DNA from: Takakia lepidozioides | Lineage: Eukaryota; Plantae; Bryophyta | Length of the DNA stretch: 64,000 nucleotides | NCBI GenBank assembly: GCA_030704615.1 | Contig: CM060732.1 | Location: forward strand, 16,678,001 to 16,742,000 | Reading direction: 5' to 3' | Part shown: piece by piece, positions 14,085-26,100 of the stretch | Layout: the number at the start of each line of letters is the position of its first letter | Position numbering within the stretch: position 1 is the first letter of the stretch | Notes under the pieces: generated by a model | The model's input: the letters and a program-made list of their open reading frames with translations, nothing else | Told to the model about the DNA's origin: nothing | The model's database searches: none | Program-made: the position numbers and the translations under genes

Positions 14085-17000
14085 ATGAGATGGAAAGAGT
14101 GGAGGAAGAGGAAAGGAGGAAGAAGAGGAATACAGGAAAGTGTGGCGATGGAGGAGCAGGATCTGGAGAAGAACAACAACCCACCATAGTTCCAGGAACA
14201 GGCGAGGAGGACACTCTGCGTCTGAGGGAGAGACAGACGACATGGAGGAAGATGTTGACACTGGCCTCACGAACGATCTGACCATGGAAAGAGGAAGGGG
14301 CGAGCTCACCTACATAGTCGCGAAGAGAGCAGCCCGAAGCGGAAAGGGTCCCCGGCAACTAAGGAGTCTTCTCGAGTACTAGGAAAAAGGTAAAATCTAC
14401 GGACCCATATTTGTGAAGAATTCGGCTTTCAATGGCAGGTATTTGTGAAGAAAGAACCATTCAGCGGCAGCTCAACAGTGTGCGTTGCCGCACACTGTTT
14501 GAGCTGCACATGTCACTGTTTAAGGGTGCAAAATTCTTCCTTCAACGACACCTTTCTGAGGATGAAATGAACCCCCGCACTGCCAGCTCAAACAGTGTGC
14601 GGCAACGCACACTGTTTGAGCAGATCTTTTCATGTTGTAGGGTGCAAAATTTGGCCTTGGAGTCAGTTATCTGCAGGTGAAATGAACCCTTCCCAGCCAG
14701 CCCAAACAGTGTGCGGCGCCGCACACTGTTTGAGCTGAACATTTCAATGTTTATGGTGCAAAATCTGGACTTCAGGGCACCTTTCTGAGGATGGAATGAA
14801 CCCTGCACTGCCAGCTCAAACAGTGTGCAGCAACGCACTGTTTGAGCTGAACATTTCAATGTTTAAGGGTGCAAAATTTGGACTTCATGGGTACCTTTCT
14901 GAGGATGGAGTGAACCCTGCAATGCCAGTCCTGAACACTTTTGCAACTGTTTAAGGGTGAAAATTTGGACTTCATGGGTACCTTTCTGAGGATGGAATGA
15001 ACCCTGCACTGCAGCTCAAACAGTGTGCGGCAACGCACACTGTTTGAGCTGAACATTTCAATGTTTCAGGGTGGAAAATTTGAACTCCAGGGGCACCTAT
15101 CTGAGGATGAAATGAACCCTACACTGTCAGCTTAAACAGTGTGCGGCAACGCATACTGTTTGAGCTGAACACTTCAATGTTTCAGGGTGCAAAATTTGGA
15201 CTTCAGGGGCACCAGTTTGAGGATGAAATGAACCCTTCAATGTCAGCCCAAACAGTGTGCGGCAACGCACCACTGTTTGAGCTGAACACTTCAATGTTTC
15301 AGGGTGCAAAATTTGGACTTCAGAGGCACCTCTCTGAGGATGAGATGAACCCTTCACTGTCAGCCCAAACAGTGTGCGGCAACGCACACTGTTCGACCTG
15401 AACATTTCAATGTTTCTGGGTGCAAAATTTGGTCTTCAGGGGCACCTGTTTGAGGATGAAATGAACCCTTCACTGTCAGCCCAAACAGGGTGCGGCAACG
15501 CACACTGTTTGAGCTGAGCACTTCAATGTTTCTTGGTGCAAAATTTGGACTTCAGGGGCACCTATCTCAGGATGAAATGAACAATGTGCTGCCAGCTCAA
15601 CAGTGTGCGGCAACGCACACTGTTTTGAGCTGAACATTTCAATGTTTTAGGGTGCAAAATTTGGTCTTGATGTCTGTTGTGTGAGGGTGAAATGAACCCT
15701 TCACTGCCAGCTCAGACAGTGTGCGGCAACGCACACTGTTTGAGCTGAGCATTTCAATGTTTCTGGTGGAAAATTGAACTCCAGGGGCACCTATCTGAGG
15801 ATGAAATGAACCCTACACTGTCAGCTGAAACAGTGTGCGGCAACGCATACTGTTTGAGCTGAACACTTCAATGTTTCAGGGTGCAAAATTTGGACTTCAG
15901 GGGCACCAGTTTGAGGATGAAATGAACCCTTCAATGTCAGCCCAAACAGTGTGCGGCAACGCACACTGTTTGAGCTGAACACTTCAATGTTTCAGGGTGC
16001 AAAATTTGGACTTCAGAGGCACCTCTCTGAGGATGAGATGAACCCTTCACTGTCAGCCCAAACAGTGTGCGGCAACGCACACTGTTCGAGCTGAACATTT
16101 CAATGTTTCTGGGTGCAAAATTTGGTCTTCAGGGGCACCTGTTTGAGGATGAAATGAACCCTTCACTGTCAGCCCAAACAGTGTGCGCAACGCACACTGT
16201 TTGAGCTGAACATTTCAATGTTATAGGGTGCAAAATTTGATCTTCAGGGGCACCTGTTTGCGGATGAAATGAACCCTTCACTGTCAGCCCAAACAGTGTG
16301 CGGCAACGCACACTGTTTGAGCTGCGCATTTCAATGTTTCTGGGTGCAAAATTTGGACTTCAGGGGCACCTGTGTGAGGGTGAAATGAACCCTTCACTGC
16401 CAGCTCAGACAGTGTGCGGCAACGCACACTGTTTGAGCTGAGCTTTCATGTTTCTGGGTGCAAAATTTGGACTTCAGGGGCACCTGTGTGAGGGTGAAAT
16501 GAACCCTTCACTGCCAGCTCAGACAGTGTGCGGCAACGCACACTGTTTGAGCTGAGCATTTCAATGTTTCTGGGTGCAAAATTTGGACTTCAGGGGCACC
16601 TGTGTGAGGGTGAAATGAACCCTTCACTGCCAGCTCAGACAGTGTGCGGCAACGCACACTGTTTGAGCTGAGCATTTCAATGTTTCTGGGTGCAAAATTT
16701 GGACTTCAGGGGCACCTGTGTGAGGGTGAAATGAACCCTTCACTGCCAGCTCAGACAGTGTGCGGCAATGCACACTGTTTGAGCTGAACATTTCAATGTT
16801 CTAGGGTGCAAAATTTGGACTTCAGGGGCACGTCTCTGAGGATGAGATCAACCCTTCACTGTCAGCCCAAACAGTGTGCGGCAACGCACACTGTTTGAGC
16901 TGAGCACTTCAATGTTTCTTAATGCAAAATTTGAACTTCAGGGGCACCTATCTCAGGATGAAATGAACACTGTGCTGCCAGCTCAAACAGTGTGCGGCAA

Positions 17001-20000
17001 CGCACACTGTTTGAGCTGATTATTTCCCTGTTTTAGGGTGCAAAATTTGGTCTTGATGTCTGTTATGTGAGGGTGAAATGAACCCTTCACTGCCAGCTCA
17101 GACAGTGTGCGGCAACGCACACTGTTTGAGCTGAACATTTCAATGTTTAAGGGTGCAAAATTTGGTCTTTGCTGTCTGTTATCTGAGGATGAAATGAACC
17201 CTTCAAAACCAGCTCAAACAGCGTGCGGCAACGCACACTGTTTGAGCAGACCTTTTCAATGTTTTAGGGTTCAAATTTGGTCTTGATGTCTGTTATGTTA
17301 GGGTGAAATGAACCCTTCACTGCCAGCTCAGACAGTGTGCGGCAACGCACTCTGTTTGAGCTGAACACTTCAATGTTTCAGGCTGCAAAATTTGGACTTC
17401 AGGGGCACCCCTCTGAGGATGAGATGAATCCTTCACTGTCAGCCCAAACAGTGTGCGGCAACGCACACTGTTTGAGCTGAGCATTTCAATGTTTCTGGGT
17501 GCAAAATTTGGACTTCAGGGGCACATTTCTGAGTATAAAATGAACCCTTCACTGTCAGCTCAAACAGTCTGCGGAACCGCACACTGTTTAGGCAGAACAT
17601 ATGAATATTGAAGGGCGCAACTTTCGGCCCTCATGGGCAGATATTTGAGCAGAACTTTTCAATGTTCTTTCCCTGTGAAAATCGGGAACATAGTGCAGGT
17701 CCGTGAGGATCAATGAACACTTACCTGGCAGCTCAAAGAACACTTACCTTTTTATCCCACTTTTTCATGCATCGGTCGACGTTTCATTCCTCTCTTATAA
17801 GAATTTGAGTGAACAACCTTGCAGGAGAAAATGCAAAGTGTGGCGGATGAGGTCCCTCAGGGTCAGGGGAAGGAGACCATAGTTGATGTTGACGATGAGT
17901 TTTATGAAAGCAAAGCCGCTGAGATGCTGGGGGTCAAAAGGTGAACTCTCAGCTTGTGGTTCAAAGTATGCTTGCTCCTGGTGGGAGGTTGAAGATTCCC
18001 CTGTGTAGGTTGGTTTCCATGCCCGTCGTTCGTCCACCCTTGTCAAAGACATTCTCAAGCTGGAGGCCGAGTTTGTTCATGGGTATTTGGATGGATCCGC
18101 AGTCTTTTACGTTTCTACTAGGGATTCTAGAGGTAACGAGCTCCTTTTGGATGAGTCAATCGTCGACTCCTGGGACCCCATTTGGAGACAGGTGAACGAA
18201 TCCTTCGAACTTCTTCTCTCCAGGAAACCTTCCACCCAAGTATTCTCGGGGAAGATGTTTCACGTTTGGGATGGCAACCACCGGTTGCTTGCATGGATGG
18301 CTGTCATTGGGAGGCTGCACTCACAGGAGGAAGAGTGGCATTACTCTGTTCGATCGATGGTGCTTGATTGTGACGACAACATGATGGGTCTTCTGACGGC
18401 AATGAATGATGTGAACAGGTTGGTTTCTCATTGTACATGTTGCACTTCTGGTTCCGTTCTTCCTTGATTCAAGTCCTTGAATTACATTCTGAAATTCAGA
18501 TATCATTCTGCAGAGGGACGGAGACATCGCATGTCAAAACGAGTCTGGTTCACACACTTTATAGGATACAAAGGATCGGGCAGATGCCCTTGACCAACTT
18601 CAAGACCATCCTTTCGGCAGAGATGTATAAGAAATGCGAAAGCTCCAAGACTTCGGAAACATGGTACTCGTTGACCCGTGAGGCTTTCATGGAGTACATG
18701 TACACGGTGAGATACATCTTCCTTCATCTGGCCTTTCCATATTCCTGCTTCCACATGTTTGTTTCTGTCTGTCTCCCTTGACCTTGGATTGATGCAACTC
18801 TCTTGCATTCCCTTGCAGCAAGACATTGCAGATGCAGGGGAGCGTGGCAAACTGGAATACTACAGCTCTACCCCTGAGGAGAGAAGGACAGCAAAGGGGG
18901 TTGAAAGTCACATCCAGAAGGAGATGAACGCTACAAGAAGGACAATAATGAGTGCTTTTGTGAAGCAGTTGAGAATGGCCGACCCATCATTCGGGCCGCA
19001 GTTTCTCCTGGAGATAAAAAACCATTATAACAAGCCAGGCAAGCCGGAGATGGCCCAGGAGAAGTTGCACAGGTTGTCTACCGCCGTCGTGTCTTCTGAA
19101 CAGAAGGTGAAGTGGCTACAGATATGGAACTCCGATCCCACAGTTAGGGATACCCACATGTTCCCAAGGCCAGAGAAGGAGAAGAAGACCCAGCGTGTCG
19201 TTCCTGTCAGTGACAATGTGCTGGACACCTGGCTTCACAAGGCCACTTACTGGAGCCAGGTGTGATGTCCTCTCGTATCTCACTTTCTTTTCTCTTTTCC
19301 TGTCCTTCTCTTCCCATTGCCTCTTACATTCGCTGTGACTGTTTTTGGGTTCATTCTTCCATTTCAATTGTTTTGCAGTTGGAAGAAAGGGCCCGATCGG
19401 TTCTGCATACTCAGCTGGCTGACTATGGCATCACTATGACAGCTCCGAAGGTCTCCTTCGAAGCATACATGAGGAAATGGAGAGCCACAGTGTGGCACTC
19501 TGGTTTCTTTAGAGAGTTCAGCAAGGAGGGTGGCATCAGTCGAACAAATGAGCTTGACCAGCAGGAAAAAGGAGAGGAAGCCTGGAAACGATGCCTTTAC
19601 AGGTGCACACCCTTGCACTCTTTGCTTGTGTTGTGGTTGCAATGTGTTGTGTGGCATACTGTTTAAGGGGGTCTTCCTGGTGTGTTGAAAAAGCTGGGAC
19701 ACAATATGTGCATTGGAAAATGAGGCTGTGTCTGTTCCTGCAGGTACATTAAGTTTGTTCTCTTGGAAGAGAATTGCTTGGACAAACATCCAGATTTCGT
19801 GGACCTTTGGCTTGTCCCTGCTGGCAACCAGACCATGTTCACTGCTGGGATCTTGCATGACTGGGGTCCAGACCATCTTTCTTCTTGTGGTTGGTATTTG
19901 GATTGCCCTCCTTCAGAGACCCCAGCTGTAGAGTTGTCTTTGAGGAGAGAGAATGACCGTATTGCAGCCACTGCCGCAGCAGCGGACCTCGACATTCATG

Positions 20001-21556
20001 AGCGTAATCTGAGGACTCTTGCAGAGAAGGAGCCTCCCGCTCAGGATACCCCGGGTAGAGGAAGAAAGGCAAAGGGAAAAGATGTTGCTGGTGTTGTGGG
20101 GAAGGGAAGGGGTAGAGGGAAGGTGGCACAAGGGCAGGGAAGTGTTGCAGCTATTGGCCCTGTGGAGCATGTCCAGCAGACTCCACCGCATGGTAGGGGA
20201 TCCGGGAAAAAACAAGGGGGTGGTTGATCCCAAGGACCCGTACCATGCAGTGGAACATCCCACGAGGGTCATTCGTCCAACCAGGTTGGAGATTGCCAAC
20301 GTCGGGTTCCTTGCAATGATGGAGTCGAAGAAATCTGATTACAAGGGCGAGCCATCACCAGTGTGGGAGAGGATTGTCGAGTTCCTCAGCACGGTGCGTG
20401 TTCTCTTTGGGTTCTGTGGCTTCTGCTCTCTTTGTCTGCTGTGGGCATGGATCGTTTATAAACTTGTCAGAATTCCATTGTATTTTTGTTTGCAGGCTAA
20501 AATGACCAAATCGTGGGTGAACGGGAAGGAGAAGCCATATGCAGCGGAACTCATCATCTTGGACATCCCTGATGGGTTGGCAGTCCCGGATATCCCTCCA
20601 TCGGGTGCTTGTCCGGGTTGGAATGCATTTGATGAGCGCTACTGGCGGTGGGTTTTTTCCTTTTGCAACTTCTTCCTTTCCGATGCAGGTGTTTTGGTTC
20701 TCATCCAGTCCATCGATGTTCGGTGTCGCCGTGCCCTTGCCAGCTATTTGAAAGCCTCGGGCATGAGAGTCGTGAAGACATGGAATTGTGTGAACAGCAT
20801 GTACCTTACGAAGGGGGATCGTCCGGGAGAGATGGTGAGTTTCCCTTCTTCTTCCTCTTCTTTTTTGTTCTGGGATTGTGTTGTATAGGTCGCTCCAACT
20901 CATATGTAGGGGCCCGATTTTATTTTGGTTCTTAGTTCCTTGTGGATGTCATGTTCGCAGACTCGTCTGTTTGAAGCTGTTTGTCTCGTCCGGGTGCATC
21001 CACCAACGACTCCGGCCGGCATTACGGAGTTTGCCATCACTCACGGGGGCAAGTTCATAGATGACAGGACAGATCCTCCCACGGATGACATGCATCACAA
21101 CTACGTCGACAGCAACGTGTGCTTGCGAAGGGGGAATGGGGTTCCTTGGAGAGGGGCGAGGGAGAGGAGCCCGGCTTTCATTCAAACGATTGTGGAGTGC
21201 TGCACCTACACAGACGCCAGAGTTCTGGATTTGTCGATGGGCACAGGTTCGTCTCTTCAACATTCACATTTCATGAGGTTTGATTGAGCTTGCACTTTCA
21301 GCACTTTCCACCGTTCCGAATGTGTCTTCAATGTCTGCTTACTTCATTCTATTCCACTGCAGGTGCTTCGTACCACGCTTGCAAGGCCAGTGCGCGACAT
21401 GTCTTTGGGATTGAAGGGGATGCTGAGATTTACAAGAACCTCCTGATGGGTTTGGGTGGACACACTTCTCAGGTCCTTCCGAAGCCCCGTCCCGCTGATA
21501 CTGGTACAGAGGAGACTTCTGACAAGGAGCTGGACTCCGACTTTGCCTGTGAGTAA
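14085..21556 (+). pseudogene. Cargo gene of element A: ParB/Srx-like domain + central region + beta-class N4C/N6A DNA-methyltransferase-like domain (multi-exon)
   Basis: Exon 17825-18418 has GGRLKIPLCRL...FHVWDGNHRLLAW. Exons 20496-20834, 20961-21247 and 21363-21556 give IILDIPDG...GWN...FLSDAG, PWRGARERSPAFIQTIVECCT...VLDLSMGTG and ASYHACKASARHVFGIEGD...DFACE*. GT-AG junctions are shared with B. There is a frameshift at ~18045 and the 5' start is uncertain. Confidence 0.8.
14468..17600. repeat. Intronic tandem array, ~28 units of ~116 bp, each with a 40-nt palindrome
   Basis: CAGCTCAAACAGTGTGCG-GCAA-CGCACACTGTTTGAGCTG (18-bp arms) recurs at about 14584, 15012 ... 16515, 16631, 16747 ... 17440. 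The array lies between a donor at ~14390 and an acceptor at 17824. Confidence 0.97.
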
Positions 21557-22343
21557 GTTGAACCTGTGCATGCTTGCATTGTTGTTTCAATATCGAGAAT
21601 CGCTGTTCTTGAGGCAAAGTGCACATGGGAGACATCCTCTTCGTTGGACTTGTGCATTGCATCATTGTGTTAAAAATGGGATTTTGTGGACATGTGTAGG
21701 AGTCCGCGTGCTTCCACTTGCCCTCCTGGGCTATCACACCTATTTGGACTTGTTTTCAGTCCTCCTCGGTCTTGTGTGCTACCTGTCTATGCGGAGGCAC
21801 TCGCAGCAAGCATGTCCGTTCATGGCACTCAGAGTCCACCTTGCGATGGCCTTCGTAGAACACGTGGTGTTGGGGCCAGAATCTTTGTAGATGACATAGC
21901 ACAGGAGGTGGACATTGATTGTGATGACTGCGACACTTGATATGAAGTATTCTTTTGGTTTAATTCTGGGACAAATTTGAAATGGGATGGTTGTGTGTCC
22001 TTATTGTCCTCTTTGCAATGTGTGCATGGAATTCACATTCATGGTTCCAAACTATTGTTGGAGATGGGGGTTGCATGGACTGCCCGGATTGTTCCTTCAA
22101 TATATTTGTTGTTTTGTGGACCTCACAGACTTGAGTACATTGCAAAAACAAACAAACCACTTTGTTCTCAATTCTCAATTCTCCCCACATCAACCCGCGG
22201 AAATAGGTGACACCACTCGGAAATAGGTGACATCCGCGGAAATAGGCACTGTTTGCATGCTGACGTGGCATGAGCCTGTGCTGGGCTCACGCTTTCCTGG
22301 GCTCACAGGCTCACGCCTCCAGGCTCACGGAATAGCACCCCCC

Positions 22344-23150
22344 TATGTCAGCATGGAGAAAACAGCCAATGTGGCTGTTCGGGGGTGAGTTTGGCATCCC
22401 ATCCTTAAGCTCCCGACGAGATGAATTCAAGGCCAGATGGTGGGGTCAGCTGCAACATATGCCCAACACCAGATATCCTAAGTTGATCGACTCTAAATCT
22501 TGGAAACAGGACCGCCCTGTCAAACAGACTAAGTCCTGGCAGAAGAGAGTAGAAAAGATTCTCAAGGACCTGGACCTGGATCCGCAAGTCTTGACCCTGC
22601 TGGATAAATCTGCCTTAGAGGCTGTAGTGTCTGAAGCCATGTCTGTTGCCATGAGATTGTCTGATGAAAATTAAGTTAGGCAGAGAACTTCCCCGAACTT
22701 GTTTCCAGTCAGTGACATGGGGGTGGACATCTTGGATGACCTGAAGGGTCCACCCACTCTCGGCACTAGACTGAAATTTAAACTCAGGGCAGGAAGCCTA
22801 CCTTTGAACAGCAAATAGAAGCAGATCAGAAAGGGAGAGTGCAATTGTCCGTTGTGTGGGCAATCTGAAGACAGTATTCATTTTCTGATACGCTGTCTGG
22901 GGTTCTCTCACCAAAGAGACGCTCTCTTCAATTCTATCAAGGGAATTGTGCCTGTACCCCTGTTTACCAACTTTGAAAGACTCGAGGCTGAGCCAAAAGC
23001 CCAGGCCCTCCTGAGGCCTAGTTTTTGGGCAAATCACACACAGCAGATTGATGCTTGTGTGAAGGGATTTCTAGAGGATATCTGGAAAACCCGGATCAAT
23101 GCTTTATACGAAGGTAAGTCTTACTACCAACGTCATAGGGTCATTGTCTG
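22344..23150 (+). mobile_element. LINE 3' portion, right part of the site interrupted by element A
   Basis: GEFGIPSLSSRRDEFKARWW...KLRAGSLPL...CPLC...EDSIHFLIRC (LINE C-terminal CCHC). Homologous to 56020-56500. Confidence 0.85.
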
Positions 23151-23159
23151 ACTCACTGC

Positions 23160-26100
23160 CCGGGGTGCTATCACCATACAGACCACCGGATATCCAAGCT
23201 ATCAATTGAATTGTGTCTACACCTGTGTTTACAAACATTGAGAGTCTTTAGGCCTTTTGGGGCTCCGATGTTGGGCTCCACCATACAGCCATTTGCTGAT
23301 TGTGTGAATAGATGTCCACTCCCTATGTGCAAAACCCAGATGGATGTTCTGTTTCCTGGTAAGTGTGTATGATGGTACTGATGTGAACCCGCCCACATTA
23401 TGTTTCTTCACCAATGAATGGCCTTATATGTTATGAGGATATTCTGTCCCTCTCCTTTTCAGTTTTTGGCACTTGCGCTGCAGGGGAGTGGGTTTGAGGT
23501 CAGCCAATCCATAGTTGTGGTTGTGGGATCGTTTGTGCTCTGGTGACGTTGTGTTCAGTAGGAATACAGCTGATGCACCTTGTGTGTGGGATGTTTTTGG
23601 CAGCGGAAGGGGAGTGAAGCTGCAGCAAAGCACTCACAGCCACCACACAATACCAACCAACACCAACCTTGGCACCCACCCCTTGCCGCATGGTCTCCAC
23701 AACAGAGTGCACCATGGGGAGCCCCCCCTGCTTCGGGGTCGTGGCGCTGGCTTCCTGATGCTGGCACGTCACAATGGGGGCCTCCCACATCTCCATACGG
23801 CCCTCCCCCATCCGGCACACATCAGTCACCCCCCACAACGTATGACGGCGCTGCTCCAGAGCATGGGGGCAGGAAACGGACATCAGAGCTGAGGAAAGAA
23901 CGACGTCATGCCATGAAACAATGGGAAGGAGATGGAGAGGGAAGGGTGGCTGCAAGGCTAAAGCGCAACAAGGTGGAGGTGCATGGAAATGGAGTCATCA
24001 ATGTTGGCTGCGAAGGTAAGGAACACTGGCAGTGTGATTTGTGTGGCCTGGCATTGCGTTACCTTGACTCAAGCGTACAAGACATTGACCAGCAGTCCCA
24101 GAGTGCCATGTCAACAGTAATAGAGGGCATAAATGGAATGTACGAGTACAGACCTATCCCTGCCAATCGTGATTTTATAGTGAAGCAATGTGGGAAGATA
24201 ATGAAAGGAGAAAGAGCAAAACTGAAAGATAAATGGGCAAAGACTGGTGTGAGGCCAATGAACACTGAACCCGCCTATTGGGATAAGCTTGTTGCCTACT
24301 GGGAGTCCCCTCGTGGACTTGCAAAGGCTGAAGGGATGAAGCAAGCGCGTGCTTGTGTCACGAACCCCTCGCGTTGGGGCCGGGCAGGAGTTGCAGGCCA
24401 AGTAGCCCGTTTGGTAATCTCCTCACCCCCTTCTCATTGCTCCTACGTTGTGGCATGTTCTGATGGAAGAGACACCCACGAGTGAGTTTTATTGCTTGTG
24501 CAGAATTAGTTGTTATGTGATATGCAGGGCAGTGCTTTGTCCATATGCTCCTGGCATTTTGTACTGACAGTGTGTGGATGGGCAAATACAGAAAAGACGC
24601 AAAGCGCGGAGCCCGTCACTGTCCGAGCTCGGGGCGGAGCAAAAGAACTATGCGACTGGCACCCCATCAAAGTCTGTTTTGAGCCAGGTATGTTTTGAAG
24701 TCCGGTTTCCATTCATGAATCTGTTGTTGTACTAAGATTTGGTGGGTATGTGGGGCCCCCACGCATGGTACACGAGGGGTGTTATGCCAAACCCAGCCAT
24801 CTCCGAATGCCTGAAATCCTGCACATTCGGCCTCTTCTTCTGGTTTTTAATAGTACGGGTGGGTGTTTGTATGCGTAGGGAGCGGGGAACTCAATGGCAG
24901 CCTGCATCGGGGCCCTGGAGAGGCTTGCGGCTCTCTCTGCGGAGCGGGAGAGGGGAATGGAAGCACAACTGAAGAAGATAGTAGAACTCATGATGAGGCA
25001 AAAAGGGGGTGTGACGGGTGGCATTATGGAAGACCCCCCTGCTGCGACCATTGTACCTGAGAAGGAGGAAGTAATTGTAGTGGGTAGGGATGTGACAGAG
25101 GTCCAGCCTGTTGTTGATGATATTCACAGTGGGGGGCAGGGTCCACTCGTTGAAGAGGGAGAGGTCCAGCAAGTTGGTGGGGATGACATGGACGATGGGG
25201 GGGTCATTGCTCATTCTATCAAGGGAAAATGGGAAGCTGTAGGGGGAGAGGGTGGTAGTTTGCCTGGTCCAGGCTGCAGGGGGACCAAAACTTTGCCCTC
25301 CGGGGTGACTGTTGTCTCCCAACCCACCTAGGTGAGACCCCGTGACACCCCTTCAAAAGCTCCTTTCATAGAAAAGTCGAAACTAATTGTTCTAGACCTG
25401 AATGGGATCCTGTGCCACTCTATTCCTAACTTTCAGCCCAACCCGAGGCGTCATTGGCCATGCCCTCTCACGCAAGGCTGGCACTATATGTTTTGCAGGG
25501 ACCACATGTACAGGGAGTGGCAGTGGGGTCGTCTGTGAAGAAGGTGGGTCCTGCGCCAAGGACCATAGTGCTACGGCGGCAGCATTCCAGATTCCCCCCC
25601 CGGCATGAGGAGGCAGGCCCAAGGTATGGTTGTTCCCAGCCCCTCTCCGCAAACTTACTTGGTTGGTTTCCTTTATGGATACACTTCCTGAAGCGTTGCA
25701 ATGTGTATTCATTGCAGGTGAGCAAGAGGAGTGGGCTGTCCCCGGCACCATCATCGCAGCAGGACGTGGTTCCCCAGGCATGCATTCATGGCTCCTTGCT
25801 TTGCCTGGTTTTTAGTAGGGTTATTTTTGCCAGGAGGTTGTAGTGTGCACGGTCTGAGCAGGGTGTAAGTTAGCTTGCTCTGTGGAGGTATGTTTATACC
25901 ATTGCAACCACCAGAGTTCATGTTATTCTTATCCGTCTGACTAAACCTCTTTTTGTTGCTGCAGTTGAAGACACGTGGGCAGCTTTCCTCAGTTGCCACC
26001 CTCAGCGACGAGCTTCGCTTCAAGGTAGGTTGCTACACCATGAATTTGCTGCTGATTCAGTATTGTGGCAACCAAGATCGTTTCCATGCCCAGCTGCGCT

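Larger units (their letters stand above)
9168..22343. mobile_element. Element A: 13.2-kb Mutator-like (MULE) DNA transposon with transposase and ParB-MTase-like cargo gene
   Basis: Perfect 9-bp TSD tatgtcagc at 9159-9167 and 22344-22352, inside a LINE whose empty sites are at ~6660 and ~56015. Ends read CAGCGTAGCTACGGCGTGAGCC and (reverse complement) GGGGGGTGCTATTCCGTGAGCC. Subterminal GTGAGC repeats are present. Confidence 0.92.

Noticed and set aside
14432-16329. Short ORFs over the 116-bp array
   Set aside because: They are translations of the repeat unit.
14468-17600. CRISPR-like array (hairpin repeats with regular spacing)
   Set aside because: The spacers are near-identical rather than unique, there are no cas genes, and the context is a eukaryotic intron.
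17825-21556. Bacterial or phage contamination explaining the ParB-MTase
   Set aside because: The gene has conserved spliceosomal introns and lies inside a TSD-bounded element within plant TEs.
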